From positions 5,456,001-5,520,000 of the forward strand of contig CM059433.1 of NCBI GenBank assembly GCA_030390025.1: a stretch of DNA of 64,000 nt, in the 5' to 3' direction. Below the pieces are notes generated by a model. That model was not told the DNA's origin. It searched no databases and was given only the letters and a program-made list of their open reading frames with translations. Each line of letters begins with the position of its first letter. Within the stretch, counting starts at the first letter, position 1. This stretch comes from Squalus acanthias (taxonomy: Eukaryota). A program made the position numbers and the translations under genes. Below, in pieces: positions 1 to 12,541 of this stretch.

Positions 1-931
1 TAAGGTTAGTGTCAGTCAGTTGAGGGACTGTTGACAGAAAATGCGTTCACCCCATAACAAAGGGGAAAATCATGCTCTAGAAATTTGTTGGCGCCGCGCC
101 CATTTTACAGGCATTAAACCAGCAGCTAAGAGTTAAATATGGAAGGTGGCGTGTCCGCAATACGACGGAAGTGTTCCGCCCGCCATATTGGATCGGGCTC
201 CTCCATAGGTGTCCAGGGCGTGTGCCTGATGTATTCTAAATGGAAATAAAAATATTTATATCAGGGTCCTACGCTTGTTGTAAGACCCTTTTATGAAATT
301 GGGCTGCTCCAGCGCCTAAATCGCGACATGATAAATTCGCTCAACAAGGACCTTCCAGCGGCACTATTTAAAGGACTACATTCACTACATGCAGGTTATT
401 TGCTAGTTTGTCCTGATAAGCTGCTGGTTTTTGACTTCTGAGTAGGGATTTTTGCTGGTGTTGCACTGTTTTTGGCTGCTTTCAAAGCAGTTTTAATGCA
501 GTTAGGGCTGCCTTTGGGGCTGGAGGACAAAGGGGGATCAGTCAAGAGGACAGGAGAGAGCAGGAGCACCTGGGACAAGAGGGAGGAGAAGGGCACGATG
601 TAGGAAGCCATATCCACAGCAGGTCTCCAGAGAGCACTTCTCCTACCTGGACTTCACTGAGAAGCAATGTCTCAGAAGCCTTTGCTTCTCAAAGGAAGCT
701 GTCACCAGTCAGTGTCAACTGCTGCAGCTACAACTCGAGCCTTAAACCAGGGCATGAGCAGCACTTCCTATGATTGTCAAGGTCACCGTGTTCCTTAATT
801 TTTAGGCAACAGGTTCCTTCCAGACTGCAGCAGGTGACATCAGTGAGATCTCACAGCTTTCAGTCCCCCGTTGTATCAGGGAGGTTACCAAGACTCTCTA
901 CTCCAGGCGGAACAACTACATTTCTTTCTTC

Positions 932-1327
932 ATGGACGGAGTGAAGCAGCATGAGATATCACTGGGCTTTATCCGCATTGCAGGCTTTCCCAGGGTGAAC
1001 GGTGCCATAGACTGCACCCACATTGCCTTGCATGCTCCCCATCATCAGCCTGGCATCTTTCTGAATACAAAGGGATTCCACTCCCTCAATGTCCAGCTTG
1101 TTTACGACCACAGGCAGTGCATCATGCAGGTCTGTGCCCGGTTTCCTGGCAGCAGTCATGATTTATTTATCCTGCGCCAGTCTACCGTGCTGCCTTTATT
1201 CCAACCAGGCTGGCTACTGGGCGACAAAGGCTATCCCATTCACACTTGGCTCATGACTCCTGTCAGGAACCCAGGCTGTAGAGCTGTCCTACAACGAGAG
1301 CCATGCTGCCAGCAGAATCATGACTGA
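932..1327 (+). pseudogene. HARBI1-like Harbinger DDE transposase fragment
   Basis: AGFPRVNGAIDCTHI, KGFHSLNVQLV, ARFPGSSHD and WLLGDKGYP are Harbinger (DDE_Tnp_4) motifs; flanking parts are frameshifted. Confidence 0.9.
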
Positions 1328-3059
1328 GCAAAGAGTGGGTAGGCTCAAGCAACGCTTGGCTGACTAGACCAGCCCTAACTTTGCCATCATGAGGAACCAG
1401 CCCATACCAATGCCTGGGCAGCAAGAAGTGCAGAGGAGGAGAGGAAGAGCAGCATGAAGAGGAGGAAGAGCAGGAGCAGCATCGACCACCAGTGCCCCTC
1501 GCTCCCAGAGAGCACCTCATCCAAGACCACTTCATGTGAACTAACCCTCCCATCCCAAATACGCCAACAGTCCCACAATCCTTACCACTGTCTTTACTAC
1601 CACCATCCTATTACTTTCCTTCAGTCCAGCCTTATGGGTCTTGTCCTCACTTCATTACAAATATAAACATCAACACCAAATCCAGAACAAAAAGCAAATT
1701 TATCCAACAACTCAATTGCATCTGTGTCTAACAGTTAACAGAAATGATTAAGAATCACCCTGAGGCAGCCCCTTAATACCTGTCTTCTGTGCTTCTTTAC
1801 CTATCCTGGTGCTCCTATGAAGTTTCCCCAGTGGCTACAGCTTCGGAGGGTGGAAGGCTGCTGAGCTTCCATTGAGGACACTTCAATGGGCCGTGGTGGG
1901 CAACCTTAAACAGCTGTGGGCCTTGACTGCAGCATCTCGGCGTGGGCCAGAGCAGTCCAGCCCAGCTGGCTGGGTAGCACTAATAAGTGTACTGGCAGAG
2001 TGTGTGGCGGGGGAGCAGGCATGCTGTCATCCTGAGAGAGGGCAGCAGGCGCCTCTCCCATGGAGCCAAGGCCACTCTTTTGGGACTGCACCTCAGCACT
2101 CCTATGGCTCCGCGCAAGAACTGAGTGCAGGAGTGATGTGACACTCTGAATGACCTTTCAACACTGGCCCCAAGAGTCAAGATGGCAGACGATTGAGCTA
2201 TGTCGGTAGCAGTATGAGCTGCCATGGAACTTATCAAAAGTTGCAGCAGAAGCTCCATCATGGTAGGTGCCACTATCATGTTCATGGAGCTATCCACTCG
2301 GTCCATTTTGGACAGAATAGTCTCCATACTCTGTGCAAAGCTCTGACACAAGCTGGAGCTAGACTCCTTCCTGCTCTACGACATTGTGCGCAAGCTCACT
2401 GGCAGGCTGCCCAGTGCACCTAACATTTCATGGTGTATGCCCATTAGCCTTCTTTGGTAGCCTGGGCCCTGAAAGTGATCATCTGAGTCCTCTGCAGCAG
2501 AGCTAGTCTGTGATCTCGCCCTCCGGTGAGTTGGCACCTGCAGTATCCTTTCCCCCCGCCTTTGTGGCCAGCGATTCAGCCATGTGAAAATCCACCCCCT
2601 AGCCTACCCTCTAAAGTACGCGTGGTGCCAGTGTCTGAGCTGGTACTTGCTAGGGTCAGATCGAGTGACGCTGCATTTTCAGACACACTGGCCTCCTCTT
2701 CCTGAAATGGTAGTGGTGCCTCTACATTTTAAGACACCTGAAATGAAAGAGGGACAAGGGTTAGCTTTTAGTGTGAAGGGAGAGCAGAGAGAGAAGTGGC
2801 TGGTTGGCAGTTTGTCATGTAGAGTATGTTGGGGAGAGAGACATAAGCAGGGAAAAAGAGGATAAGAGTGTGAAGACACCCTGTGTGGCATCTCCTCCAG
2901 CGTTGTCACTCGCCACGGCCATGACTCTCCCCCTGCCCGTGATGGCCAGCACATTTACTTCCACAGGGGAGAAGATGTGTAGGCGGGCTCGTCCTTCTCC
3001 AGTGACAGCCTCCTAGCGCAAGTTGTGCACAACCTTCTCCTGCAAGAAAGGAGTTGATT

Positions 3060-4028
3060 CCTTGATGTCATATTGGATGGATAGATGTATAAAGTTGGAT
3101 TGGAAAGTTTGCTTTGTGGCGGCTTTTATTTCAGCATCGTGGCCAAGAGGATGTTGTGATGGTCAGTAACAGATGGGAGGTAAGGTGTGGGACTAATGTT
3201 GAAAGGGGAATTGGGGTTGTGGTCACTGGGACCGCAGGCGGATGATTCCATCCCGGATATCCCGGCCACAAAGGGGCTGCCTGGGTTGCATCCTTCCTTC
3301 TGATTCCTCCTCTTCTGCTTCTTCCTCTTCAGCTTCCTCCTCTTCAGCTTCCTCCTCTTCAGCTTCCTCCTCTTCTGTGTCTTCCTCGTCCCTCTTTGAG
3401 CAGATGCTGTAAATCTGAAATGCCAGCATAAAATGCTGGAAATACTCAGCAGGTCAGGCAGCATCTCGACCTGAGCCGTGAACTCTGTTTTTCTCTCCAT
3501 GGAGGTTGCCTGACCTGCTGAGTATTTGCAGCATCTTCTGTCTTCTCAAAGGCCTTCATTTACCATCCGAGGCCTTGCAAGCATCCAGCAGAACTCACTA
3601 CACACTTAAAAAACTTTTAACATCTATTGCAACAAGCCATTACTTCAACAAAATCAAAAAATCCCAGTCCAAAAGATTAAATCCAAACTTACCTGAAAGA
3701 TGTGTGTGTCCCTTTAAGAGGTGCTGACATCGCCACTCGGCCTGCTTGCACGCCAGGTTAATCTGGCGTGCTGAGGACCCAGCGCTGAATTCAGCGCTAG
3801 AGTCGAAGTTCACATTGGTGACGATAAGTCGGCGTTACACGCCGATTGACGTCACCACGCCGCCATTTTTTTCTGCATGGCGCTGCCAGTTACCAGCAGC
3901 ACAAAAGTAGGGTCGAAAACGGTGGCTGCCGCGGGACCTGCCACCAGCTGGCGAAAGAGCGGCGGCCGGCGTTTTAGCGCCATTTCATGGTGCCATGGAG
4001 TGGTGCTGAGGGGACGAATTTCTAGCCC
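3060..4028 (-). mobile_element. Second, internally deleted Harbinger nested in the first; acidic transposase tail
   Basis: Right end AATTTCTAGCCC followed by TAA. The reverse complement of ~3920-4028 resembles the left end of the element at 43630. Minus-strand EEEEA x4 tail from a 15-bp tandem repeat (~3305-3378). Other end not found. Confidence 0.75.
3400..3545. mobile_element. Degenerate Penelope pLTR-derived palindrome with the ribozyme core deleted
   Basis: ATGCTGGAAATACTCAGCAGGTCAGGCA ... TGCCTGACCTGCTGAGTATTTGCAGCAT; same family as 12542 and 35586. Confidence 0.8.
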
Positions 4029-7000
4029 TAAGAGTGTTGTTACCATGACAACTCTGGGCGAGGTCATTGCAGCATGTTCTGGGAGCTCAGCACCTGGCAT
4101 TGACCTCCTCTGCGACCTCTTCCCACTTGTGGTGGAGGTGTTGTCTTGAGGGCTAACTGTCCCCTGGGGGCACAGGATTTCCCCCCTCCTGTCCTCCAAC
4201 CGCCTGGACCAGGGCCTCCAACGTGACATTGGAGAACCTGGGCGCCCCGACTGGACTTCTTCCAACCATTTTGCAAATTTCCCTGTTGTCTGTAGCCAGA
4301 GTGTACCTCCCTTTTAAGAGGGGCTGGCTGCCTTGAAATGTCATCAGTGAAGCCGATTGCCCCCCCCCCCCCACCCACAATAGGCATGCAATCAATGGAC
4401 AGCGCTGGTAGCGCTGGCTGCATACCTGAATCATTATAATTAGGTCACAGTGCCACGTGTTCACTGGGTTATGAACTTTAAACCAACAGGTTCCACACCC
4501 CACCCTCACAGATCTTCCTTCTGTGATATTGTGAATGGGAATGTTGGGCTCCTTCCAGCCACAGAAAGTGCGTGGCCCAGGAAGGAAAATGGGAGTCAAA
4601 ATTAGAAGCTAAAATACTGGAAAATAGGAAATATGACATGATCAACTCCTTTTCTCTGATATCCTTATTTGCTCAAATTTTTGCTCTGTAAAAATGTCCA
4701 ATTATTAATTACTTTCACTTTTTGTCAAAGGTTTCCACTCAGATTTTGCCTTCCCTTATATGGAGGTTAAACTTTCTCTGGGCTACTCTGTATTCTTGTT
4801 ACCAGTGCTGACCCCTCCCCCACTCCTCCAATCCATTTTTCCTGAACCTTTCCAAACATTTTAAACCCGCTGTTATATTTTTGCGCTGAACCAGATATTT
4901 CTCTCGTGCTCAGCAATAAAGATCATTCCCATAAGCAAGCCCTGCTCCCCAGGAAATGAATTGTGACCTTACATGCGCAATGTGGTATTGTACTGCTCAG
5001 GGGATGAATAGAAACGCTTGTTACTGCACTTAGTTTACTGGATTTGACACAAGCTCTCTTGTGATCTCCTAGACCTTAGATAGCAGAAGAATAAACAAAC
5101 CATCAGATTGTGGTTTAGGCTGTAAACTATGGAACAGATTTATTAAAATGCATAAGCATTAGGCAGTACAGCAGATTGCACTCATTTTACAGAACTTTTA
5201 ATTCATGCTCCCACTTCAGATACAACAATAACAAACCTCGCAACACTTCGCTAATTCTACTTATGATACTAAACCTGGACTAGCATCCATACTACAACCA
5301 AGGATTCATAATGACTCACAGAGCTCCACAAGAACCGCTTCCATATGAGTTGCAGCCCAGTGATACAAGAAGAACTGATGAGTCGAGAATCCCTTTGGGA
5401 TTAGAACCTTGCCAGCCCCACCTTGGCCTCAGAAGATTCGAGGCTATTTGTCAAACATGGTTGGAAACTGACATCCAGAAAGAAAGGTTTCCTTACATGC
5501 CTATCCATAGACTAACAGTTTAACAGAAGATTATAAGCAAGCACTTTGGTCAAAAATGATGGCTCTGCAATGAAAGCATATTAAGGTCATCGAGACTCCT
5601 TCTCACTCAATTGACCACTCACAAAGCAAAGCAAAAAAACAAGGTTGCAATTAGTAGATTGACAAACCAGGAGCATTTCGTCTCAACATAGCCAGTCTCT
5701 GAGCTTCATGGTGATGTTTGTGTATTCGGTTAGACTAGCAGTTGTAGCCAGCTCCCTCCTGTAAATAGATATTAAAATAAAATATAAACTTTGATTTATA
5801 ATGTAATGAAACTTCCTATACATCGCACGTGCTTTATCAAAATTGTATCCATCCTCATGCCTTTAAGCTGATTATACCTTCTATCTCCTTCCATATATTA
5901 CATAGAATGTACAGCACAAAACAGGCCATTCGGCCCAACTGGATCATGCTGGTGTTTATGCTCCACATGAGTCTCCTGCCATCCTACTTCATCTCACCCT
6001 ATCAGCATAACCTTCTATTCCTTTCTCCCTCATGCGCGTATCCAGCTTCCCCTTAAATGCATCTTTGCTATTCGCCTCAACCACTCCCTGTGGTAGCGAG
6101 TTCCACATTCTCACCACTCTCTGGATAAAGAGGTTTCTCCTGAATTCCCTGTTGGATTTATTAGTGACTATCTTATATTTATGGCCCCTAGTTCTGGTCT
6201 CCCCACAAGTGGAAACATCTTCTCTACCCTATCAAACCTTTTCATAATCTTAAAGACCTCTATCAGGTCACTCCTCAGTCTTCTCTTTTCCAGAGAAAAG
6301 AGCCCCAGCCTGTTCAATCGTTCCTGATTGTTATAACCTCTCAGTTCTGGTATCATCATTGTAAATCTTTTTTGCACCTACTCCAGTGCCTCTATATCCA
6401 TTTTATAATATGGAGACCAGAACTGTTCACAGTGCTCCAAGTGTGATCTAACCAAGGTTCGATACAAGTTTAACATAACTTCGCTGCTTCTCAATTCTAT
6501 CCCTTTAGAAATGAACCCCAGTGCTTTGTTTACTTTTTTTATGGCCTTATTAACCCATGTTACTACTTTTAGTGATTTGTGTATCTGTACCCATAGATCC
6601 CTTTGCTCCTCTACACTATTTAGACTCTTATTTCCAAGGAGTATGGGGCCTCCTTATTTTCCTACCATAATGCTCCACCTCACACTTATCTATATTGAAA
6701 TTAAATTGCCAATTACACGCCCATTCTGCAAGTTTATTAGTGTCTTCTTGTATTTTGTCGCGGTCTTCCTCGGTACTATCTATACCTCCCAATTGGATTT
6801 CATCCGCAAATTTTGAAATTGCACTTACGATTCCTGAGTCCAAATCGTTTATGTAAATGGTGAACAAAAGTGGTAGCAGCGTCGATCCTTGTGGAACACC
6901 ACTTCCCACCTTTTGCCAATCTGAGTAACTACCCGTAACACCTACTCGCTGTTTTCTGTTTTGTAGCCAGCTTGCAATCCATTCTGCTACCTGTCCCCTG

Positions 7001-7187
7001 ACTCCACATGATCCGACCTTAATTATGAGTCTACTATGTGGTACCTTATTGAAGACATTTTGAAAATCCAAATACATCTACCACACTACCCTTGTCTACA
7101 CTTTCTGTTACTTCTTCAAAGAATTCAAGAAGATTGGTTATACATGACATTCCCCTTTGAAATCCACGCTGACTATTCTTTATTATA

Positions 7188-7247
7188 TCGAAAACCCTTC
7201 GTCAGAACTGAGAAAAAAGCAGGAAATGAAACAGATAAAAAAGCAAG
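7188..7247 (-). mobile_element. Short Penelope pLTR fragment with the 5' half of a hammerhead motif
   Basis: Minus strand reads CAGTTCTGACGAAGGGTTTTCGA; matches the 53338-53596 family. Confidence 0.6.
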
Positions 7248-8930
7248 TTTGATCTCTTCTTCTAATGTAATGTCCACTCTGTTAGTTTCTCCGGTAAATA
7301 TGGAGGCAAAGTAATTCTTTAATATTTAATATTTCTGCCATTTCGCTGTCATTACCTGTGGGTTTATCTTGTGCACCCTTCAGTGGCTTTATCCTTAGCC
7401 TGACTTTTCTTTTGTGATTTATTTATCTGTAGAATACTTTATTATTTCTTTTTATATTCCTTGATAATTTAATTTTGCAGTTCCTCTTTACTTTCCTAAT
7501 TGTTTTTGACTTCTTTCCTAACCTCTTCTTAATCCCTTTTGTCATCCTCTCCTTTATTATCTATGTACTTAGTGTATGCCTTTTTCTTTAGTTTCAATTT
7601 TGACCTTATCTGTTTATTCATCCATGGTGTTTCATTATTTATTAGTTTGTTCTTGTTTTTAGTGGAATATATTTCTCCTTAATTCTATTGGTCACCATTT
7701 TAAATATTTCTGCTGTTTTATCTCTTTGTTCTGTCAAGTTTTTTTTCCCAGTTTATTTTCCCTAGTTCCATTCTCATCCCCTCAAAATGAGCTTTTTTCC
7801 AATCTATTACTTTGGTCTTTATCTTACTTATGTCTTTCTCAATCATTATTTAAAACCTTATTATATTATGATCGCTATTGCCTAGATGTTCCCAATGCTA
7901 ACTTCTCTTATCTGCTCTGGTTCATTTCCCATTACTAGATCCAGCAGTGATTGCTCTCTTTATGGGCTTCTTACTTACTGGGTAATAAAGAGTCCTGAAC
8001 ACTCTGTAAAAATTCCATTCCCTTTTCCCCTTTACCTACCTCTTCTTGCCAGTTCCCATTAATATTATTTCATGTCTTTTACTCATTTCATAGATTTGCT
8101 TACATATTTCTTCCTCCACTTCCCTTCCACTATTAGGTGGTCTGTAGAATACCCCTATTAGCGTGATCAATCCCTTATTATCCTCTATCTCAATCCATAT
8201 GGATTCTATTTCTATCTTAATGTTAGTTATATCCCTTCTTTTCGACTGCCAGTATGTTATCCATAATTAGTACAGCAACCCCTTTTTTCCTTCGTTATCC
8301 TTTCTAATGCAATTTTTAACTGTCAGTCCTGTTTCTTATTAAACCATTTTTCAGCTGTCAAGAGAGACCCAGCATGGATTTGTAACGGGTTGGTCATGCC
8401 TAACGAACCTGATTGAATTTTGTGAAGAGGTGACTGAAGTAGCGGACAGGTGAATGTCTATAAATGTTATTTATATGGACTTCCAGAAGGCATTCATTAA
8501 AGTCCCTCATAAGAGACTGTTAACTAAAGCTGAAGCTCATGGAATTAAAGACAAACTATTGACCTGGTTAGGCAATTGGCTGAGCAGCAGGAGATAGAGA
8601 GTAGGGATAATGGGCAGGTACTCTAATGGGCAGGAGGTGATCAGTGGTGTCCTGCAGGGATCTCTGTTGGGGCCACAAATATGCATCGTATTTATTAACG
8701 ACTTAGATGATGGCATAGAAAGCCACATATCCAAGTTTGCACACAAAGATAGGCGGCATTGTAAGCAGTGTAGACGGAAGCATAAAATTACAAAGAGATA
8801 TTACTAGGTTAAGTGAATGGGCAAAACTGTGGCAAAACGATTTCAATGTAGGCAAGTGTGAGGCCATCCACTTTGGACCTAAAAGGATAGATCAGAGTAC
8901 TTTCTAAATGGTGAAAAGCTAGAAAGAGTT

Positions 8931-9642
8931 GGGGGTGAAATTGGGTGCCTTTGTGCCACCCGTTAGCACCCCCAGGGGCGCCAACGTGGCGCAAATGGCT
9001 TTGCAACCGGGCGCGGCGCTAACATCGACTCCCGCCATATTCAGCGGGAGTTTTGCGGTGGCACTACGGCGTTGCGCCCCAATCTTCTTCATCCGGAGAT
9101 CGTGACATCATCGGCGTGCGCATCGCCCCGGTAGTGCCCTGGACCCGAAACTGACTTCCGCCCCCTGCAGCAGCGCCGGTCGAAAACACCGACAGCTGCA
9201 GGAGGCGTGCATCGGGGGGCGATGATTAAAGACGAGGTGGCCGAGGTAAGTAAAAATAAACTTACCTTTCTTGTCCCAGTTTTTTTTTGCGGTTTCCTGC
9301 CCGCGATCGATCAGCCCGGCACTCTGCTTGAGCGCCGGGCTGATCGCGTGGGATCACGGCTGCCTTGGTGATCCAGGTAGGTACTTTTTATATTGCAGAG
9401 CCTGCAGCGATGGCCCTTCCCTTTAAGGGAGGGCACGGCCCAGTGTGCAGCGCTGCTGAAGTCTCCGCCCCGCCTGCTGCCGATTGCGCTCCAAGAAGGA
9501 AGCTTGATTTAGCCGCTCCACTTCCTTCTTGGAGCGCAAATGGCAAATTTTTCAAAAGTTTGAAATCGTTAGCGCCTGTTGCTAACTTTTCAAACTTTTA
9601 AAAATTAGCGCCCCAAACGGGACAATAGTAAATTTCTCCCCC
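8931..9642. mobile_element. Harbinger-type MITE
   Basis: TIRs GGGGGTGAAATT / AATTTCTCCCCC; probable TTG duplication (overlaps the G run); CR1 resumes on both sides; CpG-rich. Confidence 0.85.
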
Positions 9643-10192
9643 TTGAAGTCCAAAGAGACTTAGGGGATCAATAAAATAGCATGGACAGGTACAGAAAATA
9701 ATCAAAAAGGCTAATGGAATGCTGGGATTTATATCTAGAGAACTAGAATATAAGGCAGTCGAAGTTATGCTGCAACTATACAAAGCCCTAATTAGACCAC
9801 ACCTGGAGTACTGTGTTCAATTCTGGGTAACACACCTTAGGAAGGCTATATTGGCCTTAGAGGGAGGATAGCATAGATTTATCAGAGTGGTACCTGGACT
9901 CCAAGGGTTAGCAGGTCACCCCTCAGTCAGGAGAAATTACACAAACTAGGGTTGTATTCCCTGGAATTTAGAAGGTTAAGGGTGATTTGATCAAAGTTTT
10001 CAAGATATTAAGGGAAACTGATAGGGTCGATAGAGAGAAACTATTTCCGCTAGTTGGGGAGTCTCAGACAAGGGGATATAGCCTAAAAATTAGAGCTGGA
10101 TCTTTCAGGAGTGAAGTTAGGAAACACTTTTACATGTAAAGGATGGTAGAAGTTTGGAATTCTCTTCTGCAAACGGCAATTGATGCTAGGTC

Positions 10193-12221
10193 TGAAGGGA
10201 TAATTACTAGTCCTAGCCCCTTTAGGGCTACCCCAGATCAGGCGTATTCCCCAGACGTTCACTTTCAACTAAAGTTTGAGGTAGCCGAATCCTAAAGACG
10301 CTTAATTGGGTCTAAAGGTCTGGACCATCTCTCCCTAAAGGAAAGGAACAACCTGAAGATGTTACCGTCCTCCAGATAGCACTTTTAATAAGTTTAGCTA
10401 GACTGTAACGTTCCGGATATTATGAGGGTCCGGAAAACTCCCCCAGAATTCTGCAACTCCTCTCCAAAGAGCGTACAGAGATTAAGTTCGCGAGTTTGAT
10501 ACAGAAGTATAATGTGAGACAATTCTAAAAATATATAGATTTATTAAAGAACCGACATGTAATTTACAGTTGGTGATTCAATCGCAACATTTACAGTTAC
10601 AAAAAGAGAAAGCTTTACAATCTTATTATCAGAGATCCTATTCTCAAATCTTAACTTCGCTACAGTTTTACAGTTCTTAGTCTTATTCAGGATATCCACC
10701 AAAATCAAATACAGTACCGTTGATCCCCGAGGTACTAAGGGGTAAAAATTCACTTGGTTGCGCCTCCCGTTAGCGCCTTAAGAGGGCGCTAATGGGGCGC
10801 AAAGCCGCTAATGCCCGTGCGCAGCGATGTTTGCGCCGCTCGAGAACTTAACTTGAGATTGTGCGGCGGCGCTAAAACTTACCGCTGCGACCACCTGCGC
10901 GCGCAGATTGTGACGTCATTCCATGGTGCAACGCCCTTGGGGCGCCCCGTAGCGGAAATTGAGTGGCGCCCCCTGCCTTACCGCCTGGCGCTTCCAACGA
11001 CCAGAAGACTGGAACGCTATCAATCGCTGTGGGGCTGGGGGGGGCGCTATTTAAAGGGGGCCTCTTCCGGTCTTTTATTGTTGGCGGCATTTTTGAACTA
11101 CGCATTCTGAGAGAGAGAGGGAGAGACTTCTGGAGAGATTCAACGTTGTGTGAAGGAGTTTTGGGTACTGAGCAGCACTTTGCAGGTTCATTTTGATTTG
11201 CCATTCCTTGTATCGATTTGGCAGAGAATGTGGGAGCTGCACTCTGAGCTCCTTGCCTGGTACTCTCCATTGTTCTTTCCAGCACATTTGATGTGCAAGT
11301 CTCTCCAGGCCGAGATTCAAGGCAGCAATGAACAAGATGTGGATGGAAAGCAAGATTAACCATCCCCTTTAAGAACTGGCCCGTGCCATTGTGTGTGTGT
11401 TCCATTGCTGACTGACATTACATGAGCTTCGCCAGCGCTCCGAGTTAGCGCCTCACTCCTTGGCCTTTGCGCCTTAAGAGAGGTGTGCAGCGCCTGCTTT
11501 AGCGCTCCACTCACCTCCCGGGGCGGTAAAAGTGAAGTTTCTTGTCAGTGCCGATAATTAGCGCCAGGCGCTAATATTTGCGTCCGGACGATATTTGCGC
11601 CCCAAATGGGGCGCGACCTAATTTCTACCCCTAAGAGTTGTAGCCTTACAGAGCCGCCTCTGAAGCCTGAGAATCGCTTTGCCCCTTTACAGCGAATCTA
11701 TTATCCCATTTGAGAGCTCAATATTTATACCCTTTTCCAGTGGTATTCCCTTTAAGGTTTTCTGCTGATGTAAGCTAATTATCTCTAGTCATTTTTCTGC
11801 TGACTTCTGCAATTCTTAGTCACCTCAGCTGGTAGCAATACAGACTTGTGTCTCTCCTCTAGGTGTTCGAAGCTTACCATAAAAAACGGTGTAACAGCAG
11901 GTGCATTTCATTTGATGTTATTTTTACTTAGGCCTTCTGTTTGTGCCTCTTTACGAAGTGTAAATTAGAACACCTTGTACAGGGTGAACCTTTGTTTCTT
12001 CCGAAAGATTCAGACTGTCAGGAGCCTTTAACCTTCTGTTTCAATAAGGTTATTGATTCAGTGTCAACAACTATCTTATCTCAGTAGCCTGTATGCTGTT
12101 ACAGCTTTAGATTGTTGAGGCTTCCAGATTTCCAAACCCAGTTTGGCATGTTTTAATAAGGCCAGAATTCTTTCATAGAATGGTGTATTTTTCTGAATAG
12201 GTTATATGGCTTATTCCTTCA
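10193..12221 (-). mobile_element. Solo LTR (ERV or LTR retrotransposon), ~1.13 kb without the nested MITE
   Basis: Termini TGAAGGGATAA ... TTATTCCTTCA (TG..CA, 10/11 inverted match); flanks TAGGTC / CAGGTC; minus-strand TATAAA (11724-11729) upstream of AATAAA (10540-10545); CR1 3' region resumes after it. Confidence 0.8.
10739..11631. mobile_element. Harbinger-type MITE inside the solo LTR
   Basis: TIRs GGGGTAAAAATT / AATTTCTACCCC with TAA on both flanks. Confidence 0.92.
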
Positions 12222-12541
12222 CAGGTCAATTGTTAATTTTGAATCTGAGATTGATAGGTTTTTGTTAACCAAAGGTATTAAGGGATATGGGGCAAAGGCA
12301 GGTATATGGAGTTAGGCCACAGATCAGCCATGATCTCACTGAATGGCAGAACAGGCTTGAGGGGCTAAATAGCCTACTCCTGTTCCGATGTTCCCTACTA
12401 CATCTGGCTCCTCACTAAGAATTATTGGCTCCAGTTACCCCATTTAATTTTGAATGCTGTGCACATTGCTGTACAGGCAATTTAATTAGTTTTAATGAAT
12501 TATTTCACTCACTTTATTCTTAACAGTCATTTTATACTTAC

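Larger units (their letters stand above)
74..4609 (+). mobile_element. Decayed PIF/Harbinger DNA transposon (transposase +, Myb/SANT partner gene -, convergent)
   Basis: DDE transposase remnant on + and Myb/SANT-like exon remnants on - (APRFSNVTLEALVQAV near 4190-4250; Q/A-rich part 1980-2351). Degenerate ends GCTCTAGAAATTT at 74 and CAAAATTAGAAGC+TAA near 4609. Ends approximate. Confidence 0.8.
8365..12396 (+). mobile_element. 5'-truncated CR1 LINE nested in the minus-strand CR1
   Basis: RT fragments (GVLQGSLLGP, FINDLDDG, SKFA) and a CR1-type 3' UTR ending near 12395; interrupted by a MITE and a solo LTR. Confidence 0.85.

Noticed and set aside
932..1327. Domesticated host gene HARBI1
   Set aside because: Frameshifted, multi-copy in this window, and paired with Myb remnants inside transposon ends.
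3126..3500. ORF with KRRKL repeats resembling a basic nuclear protein
   Set aside because: Alternative frame of the 15-bp repeat encoding the acidic transposase tail, fused to a Penelope palindrome.
5375..5410. CTGATGAGTCGAGA resembling a hammerhead 5' core
   Set aside because: No stem II partner followed by GAAA.
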